Origin: a virus
Taxonomy: Duplodnaviria > Caudoviricetes
Length of the DNA stretch: 64,000 nucleotides
Strand: one strand, 5' to 3'
Virus record (IMG/VR): IMGVR_UViG_3300042363_001351
Span: 32,001 to 96,000 of that record
Below, piece after piece: positions 30,408 through 40,673 of the stretch; position 1 is the first letter of the stretch, and the number at the start of each line of letters is the position of its first letter. The notes beneath the pieces are model-generated. The model was not told the DNA's origin, made no database searches, and saw only the letters and a list, made by a program, of their open reading frames with translations. The position numbers were made by a program, and so were the translations under genes.

Positions 30408-30650
30408 TTAGTTTTTGTTTTTTTCAACTTTTTTATCTAATACCTGATTAATTTCGTCACGCCATACTAAGAGAGCTCGTCTCATTTGCTCAATACCAGG
30501 GTGATTGTTAGCTCCAGTACCATTATCAAGACCCATCATAATGTCTGAGACGATCTTTAAAACAGAATTAATTCCTGAAACCTTACCTCTAAAATAAGCA
30601 GGGTGAGCTTTAGGCGTATCATCAAGTGCGGGTCTATCTAAGTATTCCAT
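30408..30650 (-). CDS. Hypothetical protein
   Basis: 80 aa with TATAAT upstream. Confidence 0.6.
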   Translation of the reverse strand: MEYLDRPALDDTPKAHPAYFRGKVSGINSVLKIVSDIMMGLDNGTGANNHPGIEQMRRALLVWRDEINQVLDKKVEKNKN

Positions 30651-30679
30651 ATGTTTAATTATAAGATATTATTTTTAAA

Positions 30680-33247
30680 TCAACTAAAAAGATCGAACAG
30701 TTCTGTTTGTACATTATCTGTAGGTTTTCTAATTTGCCATTTTACATTATCGTAAAATCTCTCAATAGAATTGTAAAGAATCTTTTCGAACATCTTTTCA
30801 TAATCAACTTTAAAAATATCATCATACTCTACCGGTCTATTGTATTTAAAACCTACAACATCAATACCATACTTGTTAGGTTGAAGTGTGTAATAGAATC
30901 TGATCTTATCTCCAGATGAAATTTCTTCGTATTTTTTATCTATGCTTAGTCTCTTATTAATAAAGTTATGAAGATAAGCAGCCTTAACATGAACAGGTGT
31001 TCCTTTCGCTATATTAAACTCCCTACACTTAGTAGCATATTTTTCATAACCCTTCACACCCATAACAAATGCAATATCTTCGATAGGTAGAGTCTTAAAC
31101 ACTTCATATGTTTCCTTCAATATATTATTAGTTTGATGATGAGACTGTGTGAGAAGCATTGTCTCTATTATCTTCTTTGCGTAAGGCTTGACTGCGTTAG
31201 GCATAGAGGTTCTAACAACTTCCACACCAGTATATTTAAATTTATCTACTTTAATGCCCTCATCGTCAAGTATGTGCATTACATATCGCTTTTTCTGTAA
31301 GAACAGACCAACATCCGCTATACATTCACGCTTGAAGACGAACCTACTATCTTTTGTTAATAGAGTTTTTTCAGCCCATGATGTAATATTATTGTTGAGA
31401 TAATCTTCAACGTCTTGAACGACGTTATAAAACTCAGGATTAATATCGGTACCTTTTTTAATAGGTACACGATCCTCTATACAATCTAAAGAGAAGTAGC
31501 ATGAATCTGTATCAGAATACACCCAGCTCTCTTCAAGAGTATTTTTATCTGTAATATTGAATTTGGTGGTAAGATAGTCCTGAAGAAATTTACCGGCTTG
31601 TTTAATAATAGCTTGACCTGTTAGAGTCACCGACGAAGCAATATCGTCGTCCCCGATGGGCGCTTGTTTGTTGCCCATGTATCCGTATGCAGAGTTAATA
31701 AGAATTTTAATAACCATTTGTTTAGTGTTAAGTCTCTCTACTTCATACTTTAATGAAGTATACTCCTCATCACTAGATTTAAGCTTTGCAAGCTGCTGCT
31801 TCGTTTCAAATAAGTCCTTCTTAATTTTTACTCGCTCATTGTAATAATAATCAAGAAACTCAGGTATAATACCTTTCTTCTTCTGAGTAAAAAGAAAACC
31901 TGCTTTTGTTAGGGAGCATTCTTCTGACTTAATAAATGTACTGAATTTATCCGGAGCTAACTCTATACATCTCCCTGAAACGTGATAGATGTTAATATTA
32001 CCATTACTGTTTTTCTCTATTCTACCTATTTTCGTTTCAGGAGATAAATTTAAGGAGATCATAACGTTTGGATATAGAGAGTTAGCATCAAACGACACGA
32101 CGTTATTTTTAAAGCCGCTTTTAGGCTCAGCCACATACGCTCCTGGATTTTTACCAGCTCCCTGATTTCTAATAAAGGTAGATAGTACCTCTTTACGCTT
32201 TCTCGCTCGAATGGTTAGTGCCCCGTTAATCACTGATATAGTTCCCATCGCTCCTTCGAGTGTTGTTAGACCTACATAAGCTAACATTCGTAATAATACC
32301 ACATACTGGAGCTTGTCTTCTAGGCGAACAAGAAGATTAACGTCTTGAATGTTATAGTCTACAAAGGTAGTCCAGTCTGTATCCGCTAGAGTAGATAGGT
32401 TCATGTCACCGTAGTCAACCTTTCTCTCACCTAGTTCTATCTCACCAATTGCATCAAGCTTGTATGACTCTCTCAGCTTAAGGCAGAACCTTCTATAGAT
32501 ATCGAGATAGTCAATACACGATATACCTTCAATATAATATCGTTTTTGTTGCCTACCGAATTTACCCATAACTTCACGATGGTAAATATTACCTGTGGGT
32601 GATAAGCGATTTACATACTCTTGTCCAAGAATTCTCTCACATCTGTTAATAATATAGGGAATATCGAAGAACTCTGAGTTCCACCCACTTAACACATCTG
32701 GATAATCACTTTCAATATATTCAATAAACTTAATAAAAAGGTCTCTCTCATTTCTACAGTGAGTATATTTTACTTGTTTGTTATTTCCTGTGTAAGGCTT
32801 TAAACCAAAAGTGTGAAACTTTTTACTAAAGTTATCGTAACATGTTATTACATTGACAGTATGCTGCGGATCATCTACATCGGGAAATGAATCAACAGAA
32901 TATGTCTCAATATCTATAAATGTTATTTTAAGATCATTCTTAGTAAATTCTGGCTTTTCATTTTCCGTCCAAAATGTATCAAGCAGATATTGCTGCACTA
33001 CTGGTAAGTTTTCATAAACTCGCTTAATACCAGAGTCTTGAATAAATTTATTACGTTCGTAACTGTTATTGAAAACTTTCTTTTTGGCCTTTGTACCAAA
33101 AATTGTTTTTTTATCACCATTGTTATCTTCAATATAAAGATACGGCGAGACTGATACATCGTAAAGAACGCGCTTACCTTCTGTATCCCAAGTAAATAGC
33201 CGAACTGACTGAGTTCGGCTACTATACACACAGTTTCTATAAGACAT
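30680..33247 (-). CDS. Family B DNA polymerase (gp43-like), uninterrupted
   Basis: DIET, GWNSEFFDIPY, YNIQD, SFDANSLYP, KILINSAYG, YSDTDS, KKRY. Confidence 0.97.
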   Translation of the reverse strand: MSYRNCVYSSRTQSVRLFTWDTEGKRVLYDVSVSPYLYIEDNNGDKKTIFGTKAKKKVFNNSYERNKFIQDSGIKRVYENLPVVQQYLLDTFWTENEKPEFTKNDLKITFIDIETYSVDSFPDVDDPQHTVNVITCYDNFSKKFHTFGLKPYTGNNKQVKYTHCRNERDLFIKFIEYIESDYPDVLSGWNSEFFDIPYIINRCERILGQEYVNRLSPTGNIYHREVMGKFGRQQKRYYIEGISCIDYLDIYRRFCLKLRESYKLDAIGEIELGERKVDYGDMNLSTLADTDWTTFVDYNIQDVNLLVRLEDKLQYVVLLRMLAYVGLTTLEGAMGTISVINGALTIRARKRKEVLSTFIRNQGAGKNPGAYVAEPKSGFKNNVVSFDANSLYPNVMISLNLSPETKIGRIEKNSNGNINIYHVSGRCIELAPDKFSTFIKSEECSLTKAGFLFTQKKKGIIPEFLDYYYNERVKIKKDLFETKQQLAKLKSSDEEYTSLKYEVERLNTKQMVIKILINSAYGYMGNKQAPIGDDDIASSVTLTGQAIIKQAGKFLQDYLTTKFNITDKNTLEESWVYSDTDSCYFSLDCIEDRVPIKKGTDINPEFYNVVQDVEDYLNNNITSWAEKTLLTKDSRFVFKRECIADVGLFLQKKRYVMHILDDEGIKVDKFKYTGVEVVRTSMPNAVKPYAKKIIETMLLTQSHHQTNNILKETYEVFKTLPIEDIAFVMGVKGYEKYATKCREFNIAKGTPVHVKAAYLHNFINKRLSIDKKYEEISSGDKIRFYYTLQPNKYGIDVVGFKYNRPVEYDDIFKVDYEKMFEKILYNSIERFYDNVKWQIRKPTDNVQTELFDLFS

Positions 33248-33255
33248 ATAAAGCT

Positions 33256-33283
33256 ATTATAGCTTTACATATTATTAATTCAA
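33256..33283 (-). promoter_or_regulatory. Sigma70-like promoter of the DNA polymerase gene
   Basis: TTGAAT-N16-TATAAT-N8-ATG. Confidence 0.65.
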
Positions 33284-34494
33284 CTATTCCATCTCTTGAG
33301 ATATTTTCTCTCCGAAGAACCATAAGGAGTATTAAGAGCTTCAAGGTGGCATCCTATATTTTCTGGCAACTCTAAAAATCTTTGAGATCCTATGTGTCTA
33401 AACATCTCAACATTACTATAATATTTTGGCTTATTTTTGAGCACCGCTTCAAGCTTTTGTTCCAAGTCATCACCGGTCTTAAACTTAAGAAACTCTGGAG
33501 CATTTTTATAGGTCTCCATGTCCTGGACCAAGCAGGGTAATCCCATAACGCACGATTCAATAAATTTAATATCAGACTTAGATCTGTTAAAGCTATTATC
33601 TAATAGAGGAGCTATCATAACCTGAGCGTTCAAATTAGCTATAAATCTTGGATAGTCTGCTAATGTCTGCCAGGGATGGAATTCTATTTTACGCTGTTGA
33701 ACATATTTTAGTAGAGGTGGTGGAAATGCTCCTACAAATACCCACTGATATTTATCAATAGTCTTTTCTACTAATTTTAATACATGTGAAAAATCATCTA
33801 CACCTCCGTTTTTATTTTCAACATCATAATGAGCACCTGAGCCTGTATATAACACACGAGGTTTTTTCTTATTTTTATCATAGGTGTCGTAAATACGCCT
33901 TTTATCATATACGTGGCCCATCCAAGAGTACGGTACAAAGTTAGGAATTACAGTTATTTCTTTTTTACCGGTGCGTTCTTGATATAGCTTCTTCATGTAA
34001 TCACAGGTAACTGTAACCTCGTCACACATATTGATAATCTCAATACAGTTATTGCGAATTTCATCATTATCAAAAGCGAATTTAAATTTATTATAGTCAG
34101 GAATATCCTCTCTGAATACAACGTCGTCAACTTCGTAAATTAACTTAAATTGATGATCTTGCTGTACTTGTTTAAGGTATTTAATAAATTCTTTTTGATC
34201 AGTAGAGGCTTGCCTCTGTACCTTAACTGATTTTACTCCTGTATACCATCTTGGATCAAACACCATGGCGGTAAGAGACGTAGAACAACCTACTCCGGTT
34301 TCGTTTATATGTTTTTCAGGCCATAGAATTCTCCAAAAACCACAGCCAGAATAATCTGCAAGATAATTAACATAGCGTGGCAATGAAAGCTCTCTAGGCT
34401 GCTCCGGAGCTACTATTTTCTGCGGTGAAGCTTGTACACCGAAGGGATTTACGAAAGGAACGGCAAAAGGATTAGCAAAAGGCTGCGCAAACAT
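33280..34494 (-). CDS. GT-B-like glycosyltransferase; start probably ATG 34494
   Basis: SGCGFWRILWP, YEVDD, VIPNFVP, IAPL.DNSFNRSKSDIKFIE; TAAATA 8 nt upstream. Confidence 0.75.
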   Translation of the reverse strand: MFAQPFANPFAVPFVNPFGVQASPQKIVAPEQPRELSLPRYVNYLADYSGCGFWRILWPEKHINETGVGCSTSLTAMVFDPRWYTGVKSVKVQRQASTDQKEFIKYLKQVQQDHQFKLIYEVDDVVFREDIPDYNKFKFAFDNDEIRNNCIEIINMCDEVTVTCDYMKKLYQERTGKKEITVIPNFVPYSWMGHVYDKRRIYDTYDKNKKKPRVLYTGSGAHYDVENKNGGVDDFSHVLKLVEKTIDKYQWVFVGAFPPPLLKYVQQRKIEFHPWQTLADYPRFIANLNAQVMIAPLLDNSFNRSKSDIKFIESCVMGLPCLVQDMETYKNAPEFLKFKTGDDLEQKLEAVLKNKPKYYSNVEMFRHIGSQRFLELPENIGCHLEALNTPYGSSERKYLKRWNS

Positions 34495-34510
34495 ATGTGT
34501 TATATTTACA

Positions 34511-36328
34511 TTAGTAATCCAAATAGTCAATACGCCTCGTTATACCATTTTGCTTTTCTAGGAAAATAACATCTCCAGTAACCGCTTTAACGGACTCCTT
34601 TCTGTGCGATATAACAATAGAACATTCATCTAAGGTACTAACCCTTTCCTTGAGTATCTCAGTAATTAAGTCAATGCCCTTCTCATCAAAAGACGAATCA
34701 AATAATTCATCGTATATCGCTATATTGTAACTCACACCTCCTTGCATTCTTCTAATATCAGAAAATGCGAATAAACAAGCAAGATCTATAGATTTACGCT
34801 CTGCACCTGAGAAATTAAAATAAGAGCATATTTTATTTTTATCATTAACAATCTGCTCTTCAAAATATTCATCAAATACGCATACAGAATTTGAATCTAA
34901 CTTTTTAAGATAGTAATACAACTTACTATTGAGAAGTTCTAGAAGTTTGTTTACTATATAAGATTTAACACCCTCTTCACTGATAACAAACTTTACTATA
35001 TCTAGAGTGCTTAGCTGTTTAGATATAGTTGAAACTATATCATTTACTTGATTAAGTCTGCTTTGTGTCTCATCAATTAAATCATCAAACTCTGTCTTAC
35101 TTTCATTTAGAGTTTCTATATCTTGTATAAGCTCATCTTGCCACTTTGTCAACTGAGTGATACGATTTGTAATATTTTCGTTATATTGAATCTTTAAGCT
35201 AGTCTCATTTATTAATTTGTTTTTTTCCTGAATAGCTTTTTTAATTTTTAATTTTTGACTCTCTACTTCTTGTATCTTTACGCTAATTTCTTCTACTTCT
35301 TTTGCTATAAGAATCATTTCATCTTTAAGCAATAGCTTTTCTTTATGAATATTCTCTTTATCGTGTTCTTGAATTGGTCTCAAACAAACTGGACAACTAT
35401 CACTATCTGTTCCAATCTTCTTATAAATTTCTTTCTTGTGTATAATAGTAGCTTTTTTATTAGAAGTGTCTCCTACTAATAAATTTTTTAAATCATCATT
35501 TTCGATAAGTTTATCCTCTAGTTTATCTATTGTGAGTTGAATATCATCAATGTTTTGAATATCTGAACTCTCTTGTAGCTCTTTATTTAGCTTTTCTAGT
35601 TCAAGAGCGTTAGAGGATTGTCTTTCCAAATATAACTTACGCTTGTCTTCCTTTCTTTCAATTAATTTTTGCTTTTGATTATTATAATTTTGAAGTGTTT
35701 TATTAATTTCATCTAACTTTGCATAATTAATATCATATTCTCTTTTAATATCATTATATTCCTGTCTCAGTGTCGAAATCATCTTACTAAAGACCTCCAT
35801 TCCGAAGATATCTTCAATAAACTTACGTTTCTCGACTTTATTTTTTGCCATAAACGGAATAGTATTATTAACCGTCATGATAACACAGTTTTGAAAAATA
35901 GCAGGTGACGCACTCAGAACATCACATATGTATTTGGTGGTATTAGCTATGCTGTCGCGTGTTTTATCTACTCCGTCTTTATAAACACTTACTTTAGTAG
36001 GTGTAAGTGTACGTACAATATGAAATTTATTTTTACCTTTAGGTGAATCTATATTAAATTCTAATTCTACTTGTGTTTTTCCACCTGTTATATTATTTGT
36101 AATAAGATCTTTTTTAATTTCTCTTAAAGTCTCGCCAAAAATAGCAAAGTATATAGCATCAGCCACAGTAGATTTACCTACTGCGTTCTGTCTATCGGGT
36201 TTATCTTTATTATTACCTGTTATAAGGTGTAATCCCTTTCGAAAATCAACCGAAACAACCTCATTACCAACCGATAGAAAGTTTTGAATTGTTATTTTAG
36301 TAAATGTTACCTTTTTCATACAGTACAC
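34511..36328 (-). CDS. Recombination ATPase (gp46/Rad50-like)
   Basis: NFLSVGN, NAVGKST, CPVC hook, FSGAE, DELFDSSFD, ISH. Confidence 0.95.
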   Translation of the reverse strand: MYCMKKVTFTKITIQNFLSVGNEVVSVDFRKGLHLITGNNKDKPDRQNAVGKSTVADAIYFAIFGETLREIKKDLITNNITGGKTQVELEFNIDSPKGKNKFHIVRTLTPTKVSVYKDGVDKTRDSIANTTKYICDVLSASPAIFQNCVIMTVNNTIPFMAKNKVEKRKFIEDIFGMEVFSKMISTLRQEYNDIKREYDINYAKLDEINKTLQNYNNQKQKLIERKEDKRKLYLERQSSNALELEKLNKELQESSDIQNIDDIQLTIDKLEDKLIENDDLKNLLVGDTSNKKATIIHKKEIYKKIGTDSDSCPVCLRPIQEHDKENIHKEKLLLKDEMILIAKEVEEISVKIQEVESQKLKIKKAIQEKNKLINETSLKIQYNENITNRITQLTKWQDELIQDIETLNESKTEFDDLIDETQSRLNQVNDIVSTISKQLSTLDIVKFVISEEGVKSYIVNKLLELLNSKLYYYLKKLDSNSVCVFDEYFEEQIVNDKNKICSYFNFSGAERKSIDLACLFAFSDIRRMQGGVSYNIAIYDELFDSSFDEKGIDLITEILKERVSTLDECSIVISHRKESVKAVTGDVIFLEKQNGITRRIDYLDY

Positions 36329-37386
36329 TTATTATAAAGATCTAGCGTATAGTTAAGTATATCATTTTTATCTTCTATGTCAAGAAGATTTATAAATTCC
36401 TCAATAGCGCACGTAATATCAATTCCAGATAGATCTTTATCATTGTTATCATTACTAATTTTATTATAACTCAAATCATATTCTATTTGTAGAGCTTCAG
36501 GCTTTAGTAAATTTAACTTTGATGTAAGAATAGCTAAATCTTCTTGCGATATATTTCTGTCTACTTTAAATTTAACTATATTATTGAGAAATAATGTTTT
36601 TATTTCCGATGTAATAGTTGTAGCCTCTACAAGATCACTCAAATTAATTTTCTTATAGTGAGGTGATATAGTATTTTCAATAAACTCATATTCTTGCGTA
36701 TCAATATCAAGTATGTGATAGCCTTTAGTATTATCACAATCGCCGAAATCCATTTGAAACGGATTACCTACATACAAAATGGTGCCTGAGCCGTATTTTT
36801 TTTCATGTCTAAAGTGAAAGTGACCTGAAATAATTAAAGAACTCTTACTTAATAACTCCTTAACACTTAGACCGTCTTCACAATCCTTATATGAATTCAT
36901 CTTGAACGTTTCAATTTCAAAATGACCAAAAATAATATCACTTTTTTCTATTTGTTTAGTAGAGGTACCCCACGGACACAATGTTATTGTTTTATCAAAT
37001 ACACTTAATGTAGTAACCTTATCTATTACTGAGATATTCCTACTATTTTTAAAGAGAGAAAGAGAGTTAACATCAGTTCTATGTTTATAGTATATGTCAT
37101 GATTACCAACTAAAGCAATAACATTAAAGTCTTCAAAAATTTTTAATATATCTGCAGATACTTGAAGTGTATTAACTGATATCTCACTTCTATTATGATA
37201 CCAGTCGCCACAGAATATAATATCCTTTATATTCTGTTTTTTGAGCTCTCTGCAAAGCCAGTTAGCCCAATTCAAAGCAATTTCATGCCATTGAGTGCTA
37301 TTAGTATGTACACCTAAGTGTAGGTCAGATATAATAGCAACTCTAGGCTTATTAATCTTGATCATAGAAGTCGTCATCACCATCAC
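36316..37386 (-). CDS. Recombination nuclease (gp47/Mre11-like)
   Basis: SDLHLG, GDWYH, GNHD, GHFE, SGHFH, YVGNP. Confidence 0.95.
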   Translation of the reverse strand: MMVMTTSMIKINKPRVAIISDLHLGVHTNSTQWHEIALNWANWLCRELKKQNIKDIIFCGDWYHNRSEISVNTLQVSADILKIFEDFNVIALVGNHDIYYKHRTDVNSLSLFKNSRNISVIDKVTTLSVFDKTITLCPWGTSTKQIEKSDIIFGHFEIETFKMNSYKDCEDGLSVKELLSKSSLIISGHFHFRHEKKYGSGTILYVGNPFQMDFGDCDNTKGYHILDIDTQEYEFIENTISPHYKKINLSDLVEATTITSEIKTLFLNNIVKFKVDRNISQEDLAILTSKLNLLKPEALQIEYDLSYNKISNDNNDKDLSGIDITCAIEEFINLLDIEDKNDILNYTLDLYNKCTV

Positions 37387-37789
37387 CTACAGGTTTAACA
37401 TAAACGAGATTGTTACATGTTTTAGGATCATTCATAATATCCTCATATACTTTCTCTCTATAGTTTTTTTCTGCTTCATGATGCCTTTTTTCCTTTTTAA
37501 TACGATTAACGAACGCATTAAATGCAATCGTTGTAAAATATGAGAAAGGGTTTGACTCAGCAGCAAATTTATATTTTTTACCCTTAAGTGCTGAGTACAT
37601 TTTAATAAGAGAGTCTCCTATCATGTCGTCTTTGTAAGTATAATTAATAAACGAGCTATTATAGCTTAGACCATAAGCAATTTTTTTAATATTCTCAGCA
37701 AGGTCATCAGTCAAAATATCAGATTCATAGTACTTACGTAAAGATTCTTTAAATTCGACAGGATTTACGTAGTAATTTTCTTTAGACAT
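37352..37789 (-). CDS. Late-transcription sigma factor (gp55-like)
   Basis: YYVNPVEF, F.NYTYKDDMIGD, NPFSYFTTIAFNAFVNRIKKEK. Confidence 0.92.
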   Translation of the reverse strand: MSKENYYVNPVEFKESLRKYYESDILTDDLAENIKKIAYGLSYNSSFINYTYKDDMIGDSLIKMYSALKGKKYKFAAESNPFSYFTTIAFNAFVNRIKKEKRHHEAEKNYREKVYEDIMNDPKTCNNLVYVKPVGDGDDDFYDQD

Positions 37790-37795
37790 AACTAA

Positions 37796-37823
37796 ATTAT
37801 ATACTAATGTTAATTTATATCAA
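37796..37823 (-). promoter_or_regulatory. Sigma70-like promoter of gp55
   Basis: TTGATA-N16-TATAAT-N6-ATG. Confidence 0.65.
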
Positions 37824-39261
37824 TATCTTTTTCGGTATATAGTATTTTTTCCGCATTATAAATTTGTTTTCTTTTTTCTGAATGCTTCATACCATAATTT
37901 AAACTATCACACAGGTCAATAATGAGGAGCTTTTTTTTATTTTTATGTAATCTCAATCCTCTACCTATCGACTGTACAGTTCTAATAAAAGATTTACCTC
38001 CAGATACGAATAAAATATTATGAAGGTTTTTAATATTAACACCGGTAGAGAATATAGCACTTATTGCAATGCAAATTATATCATCACTACTCTCCATGAG
38101 TTTTTTTATTTTTTCCCGCTCTTCAATTTCCACATCCCCTCTAATAAAGAAGACTCTCTTACTGGAGCATGTGTTTTTTATTACTTCAAACAAGTTTTCA
38201 CCGTGTATAATATGATTAACAAGAATTAATGTATTATTAGTAAGCTTATTGCTTAATTGACCTATAAATTTGTTGCGTTTTTCGTGTGTATATATGAAAC
38301 TAAGCTCATTTCTATACTCGCTGTCTGTAGTATTTGGAATAATAGGAGATACATAATTAAGATTAATTATTTTAACCTCTACATTTGTAAGATAACTCTC
38401 TAGACGAAGGTCGTGACTGTTTTTTTCATATAGAACTGGTCCAAGCTTACCTATAATAAACCATCTAGCTAGTTTATCCTCAGGTAGTGTACCTGTAAAT
38501 CCGTATCTATTACTTGTTTTAATATTAGATATAATTTTACTAATCTCATTTGATGATTTTACCTTATGACACTCATCAACTACTAGCAAATCTACATATT
38601 TAACCCATTCGTTATCTTTGAACTGCGAAAGAAGTATCTGAATGTTGCATATAATGACGTTACTCGTGAAGTCTGGCTTGTTATTACCAGTCCATTTTGT
38701 TACTTTAAATGTAGTACCGCTAGCTATAAACTCATCATACGTTTGTTGTACTAGTCCTAAATCCGGTACTATCATTATACACTTAAAAGTAGTAGCGTTG
38801 GGCGAATTTCTATAATAATTTTCAATTAGAGCAGCAGTAGTTAGCGTTTTACCGGCTCCTGTACCTAAAACACACGTACCCCAACCGTTTTTTATAGCCT
38901 TTTCTATTACCTCTTCTTGATAGTCTCTTAATTTAAGTGAAAAATCTTTAAAAATTGGATTGGATGATCCGCAGTTAAGCGCTTCTTTAAATTTTTCAGT
39001 TAAAGTTATGTTATCTGTTATTTGATTGGATATTAAGTACTTTTTTATCTCCCAAAATAGACCTAAATCACAAAGGCCTGTAGGAGTAATAGCATATTTT
39101 CGTGTTGGTAATTTAATTCTTCTTGAACTAAATCTTTTTTGTACAAAAACAGCATTTTTATCTTCTACACTAAAATGCTCTCGAAGATTTTCATAAATAT
39201 CTCTATTATCACACTTAATTATTAACTTACGATTTGTTTTAGTGTAATCAAAAGTAATCAT
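37810..39261 (-). CDS. uvsW: SF2 helicase UvsW
   Basis: LRDYQ, TGAGKT, DECH, GFTGT, FSTGVNIKNLH, QSIGRGLR. Confidence 0.95.
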   Translation of the reverse strand: MITFDYTKTNRKLIIKCDNRDIYENLREHFSVEDKNAVFVQKRFSSRRIKLPTRKYAITPTGLCDLGLFWEIKKYLISNQITDNITLTEKFKEALNCGSSNPIFKDFSLKLRDYQEEVIEKAIKNGWGTCVLGTGAGKTLTTAALIENYYRNSPNATTFKCIMIVPDLGLVQQTYDEFIASGTTFKVTKWTGNNKPDFTSNVIICNIQILLSQFKDNEWVKYVDLLVVDECHKVKSSNEISKIISNIKTSNRYGFTGTLPEDKLARWFIIGKLGPVLYEKNSHDLRLESYLTNVEVKIINLNYVSPIIPNTTDSEYRNELSFIYTHEKRNKFIGQLSNKLTNNTLILVNHIIHGENLFEVIKNTCSSKRVFFIRGDVEIEEREKIKKLMESSDDIICIAISAIFSTGVNIKNLHNILFVSGGKSFIRTVQSIGRGLRLHKNKKKLLIIDLCDSLNYGMKHSEKRKQIYNAEKILYTEKDIDIN

Positions 39262-39653
39262 AACTGCTCAAGCTTTTGTATTTCAATAATATTTTTAATA
39301 TCATACCCCATACCTGACATAATTTTTTCAACTTTTTCGAGATACTCTACAATAAATTCATACTCTTTTATAGAATCAGCAATAGATGTTAACTCTTCTG
39401 TAGCTTCTGCAGCTATTTCTGCTGTCTGTTGAGTTAGTTTAACTGGAGCTTCAGCTATAATTTTTGTTACAAGTACTTTTTTAAGGTTTTTCTTTTTTTT
39501 ATGTAAAGATTGTAGAGTTATTTTTGCATCAATTAATCTAGCCGCCCAAAAATGCTTACGTGAAGGTAACTTAAGTTGTATTTCTTTAATATTAAAATCA
39601 GTAATTAAAAGATCACCATTAATTTCTTCTTTATATCTTTTTAGCAATTCCAC
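39258..39653 (-). CDS. uvsY: Recombination mediator UvsY-like
   Basis: 131 aa helical protein; ..EYLEKVEK..GYDIKNIIE; adjacent to uvsW. Confidence 0.75.
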   Translation of the reverse strand: MELLKRYKEEINGDLLITDFNIKEIQLKLPSRKHFWAARLIDAKITLQSLHKKKKNLKKVLVTKIIAEAPVKLTQQTAEIAAEATEELTSIADSIKEYEFIVEYLEKVEKIMSGMGYDIKNIIEIQKLEQL

Positions 39654-39659
39654 AGAATT

Positions 39660-39688
39660 ATTATAAATACTTTAGTAAGTGAAATCAA
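39660..39688. promoter_or_regulatory. Overlapping divergent promoters: sigma70-like for uvsY (-) and late TATAAATA (+)
   Basis: Minus strand: TTGATT(39688-83)-N17-TATAAT(39665-60)-N6-GTG. Plus strand: TATAAATA 39662-39669. Confidence 0.8.
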
Positions 39689-39897
39689 CTGTAACATTTA
39701 AACAATTTTTCTACGAGAATATGACGTCATCGGGAGCTCTAGGTGGATCGAGCGGGGGATTCTCACCAGATAGTATATCTGGTTCAGATTTTTATGCTCC
39801 CGGCGATGCAAGAATAGCGAAAGGCGGTGCTGTTTATACAAGAGCAGGTAAGCTAAATCGTAAAAAGCGCAAAAAAAGAAATAAATCTAAAAAATAA
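39679..39897 (+). CDS. Small late protein with basic tail, candidate internal head protein
   Basis: MKSTVTFKQFFYE; C-terminal RKKRKKRNKSKK; TATAAATA upstream. Confidence 0.55.
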   Translation: MKSTVTFKQFFYENMTSSGALGGSSGGFSPDSISGSDFYAPGDARIAKGGAVYTRAGKLNRKKRKKRNKSKK

Positions 39898-40307
39898 TGG
39901 ATTTAGGTCACTGGAATACTAGTCTTATACTTGAAGAAGGTAATATACCTTATGGTTTTATATACAAAATAACCTGTTTACCTACAGGTAAAAAATATAT
40001 TGGTAAGAAACAATGTAAGTCAATACTAAAGAGAAGGCCTTTAAAGGGTAAGAAGAACAAAAGACATGAAATAATTGAGACGGATTGGAAGAACTACACT
40101 TCTTCTTCGAGAGAGCTTAATGAAGATATTTCTAAATACGGTAAGGATAGCTTTTTATTTGAAATTATTGAACTTTGCGACTCTAAATTTGCACTAGCTT
40201 ACAGAGAGGCTAAAATACAATTCGACGAGGAGGTTTTGTTACGAAATGACTATTATAACGGAATCATTAATCTCAGAGTATCAAAGCCAAAAATCCATAT
40301 GTCTTAA
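39897..40307 (+). CDS. Stand-alone GIY-YIG endonuclease
   Basis: GFIYKIT..KKYIGKK..E..YYN. Confidence 0.8.
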   Translation: MDLGHWNTSLILEEGNIPYGFIYKITCLPTGKKYIGKKQCKSILKRRPLKGKKNKRHEIIETDWKNYTSSSRELNEDISKYGKDSFLFEIIELCDSKFALAYREAKIQFDEEVLLRNDYYNGIINLRVSKPKIHMS

Positions 40308-40665
40308 CGATATTCTTCGTAAATCGTATGCTAAATCACTTAGCGATGCTATTAATTTAGATGTTCCTTTTGACGTTAATAATTTAGATATTAAAAAACT
40401 TATAAAACATAATCTTATAATAGATATATGTGAGTTTAAAAAACTTCCGTCAAAAGATTCCTACTTTTATATTAGTAGAGATGAATTTAATGAGGAGTTT
40501 GTAGTAATTTTAGATGAGGTTTTTTCAAAGATGGAACTTTATAAATACGAAAAAAGCAAAAATTTCTTTCAGAATTTTCGTAAATATTTAAAATTAAACG
40601 GTTTGAGTTATATATTAAACGTTTATCTAAAGCAAGTTGGTAACAAATTAGCTTTATTTAGATAA
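40246..40665 (+). CDS. Hypothetical protein (start uncertain)
   Basis: Fills the gap in the + strand cluster. Confidence 0.4.
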   Translation: MTIITESLISEYQSQKSICLNDILRKSYAKSLSDAINLDVPFDVNNLDIKKLIKHNLIIDICEFKKLPSKDSYFYISRDEFNEEFVVILDEVFSKMELYKYEKSKNFFQNFRKYLKLNGLSYILNVYLKQVGNKLALFR

Positions 40666-40673
40666 ATATACTT

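Noticed and set aside
23443-39261. Introns or inteins in the helicase, UvsX, polymerase or UvsW
   Set aside because: Lengths are ordinary, motifs are contiguous, and no intein termini were seen.
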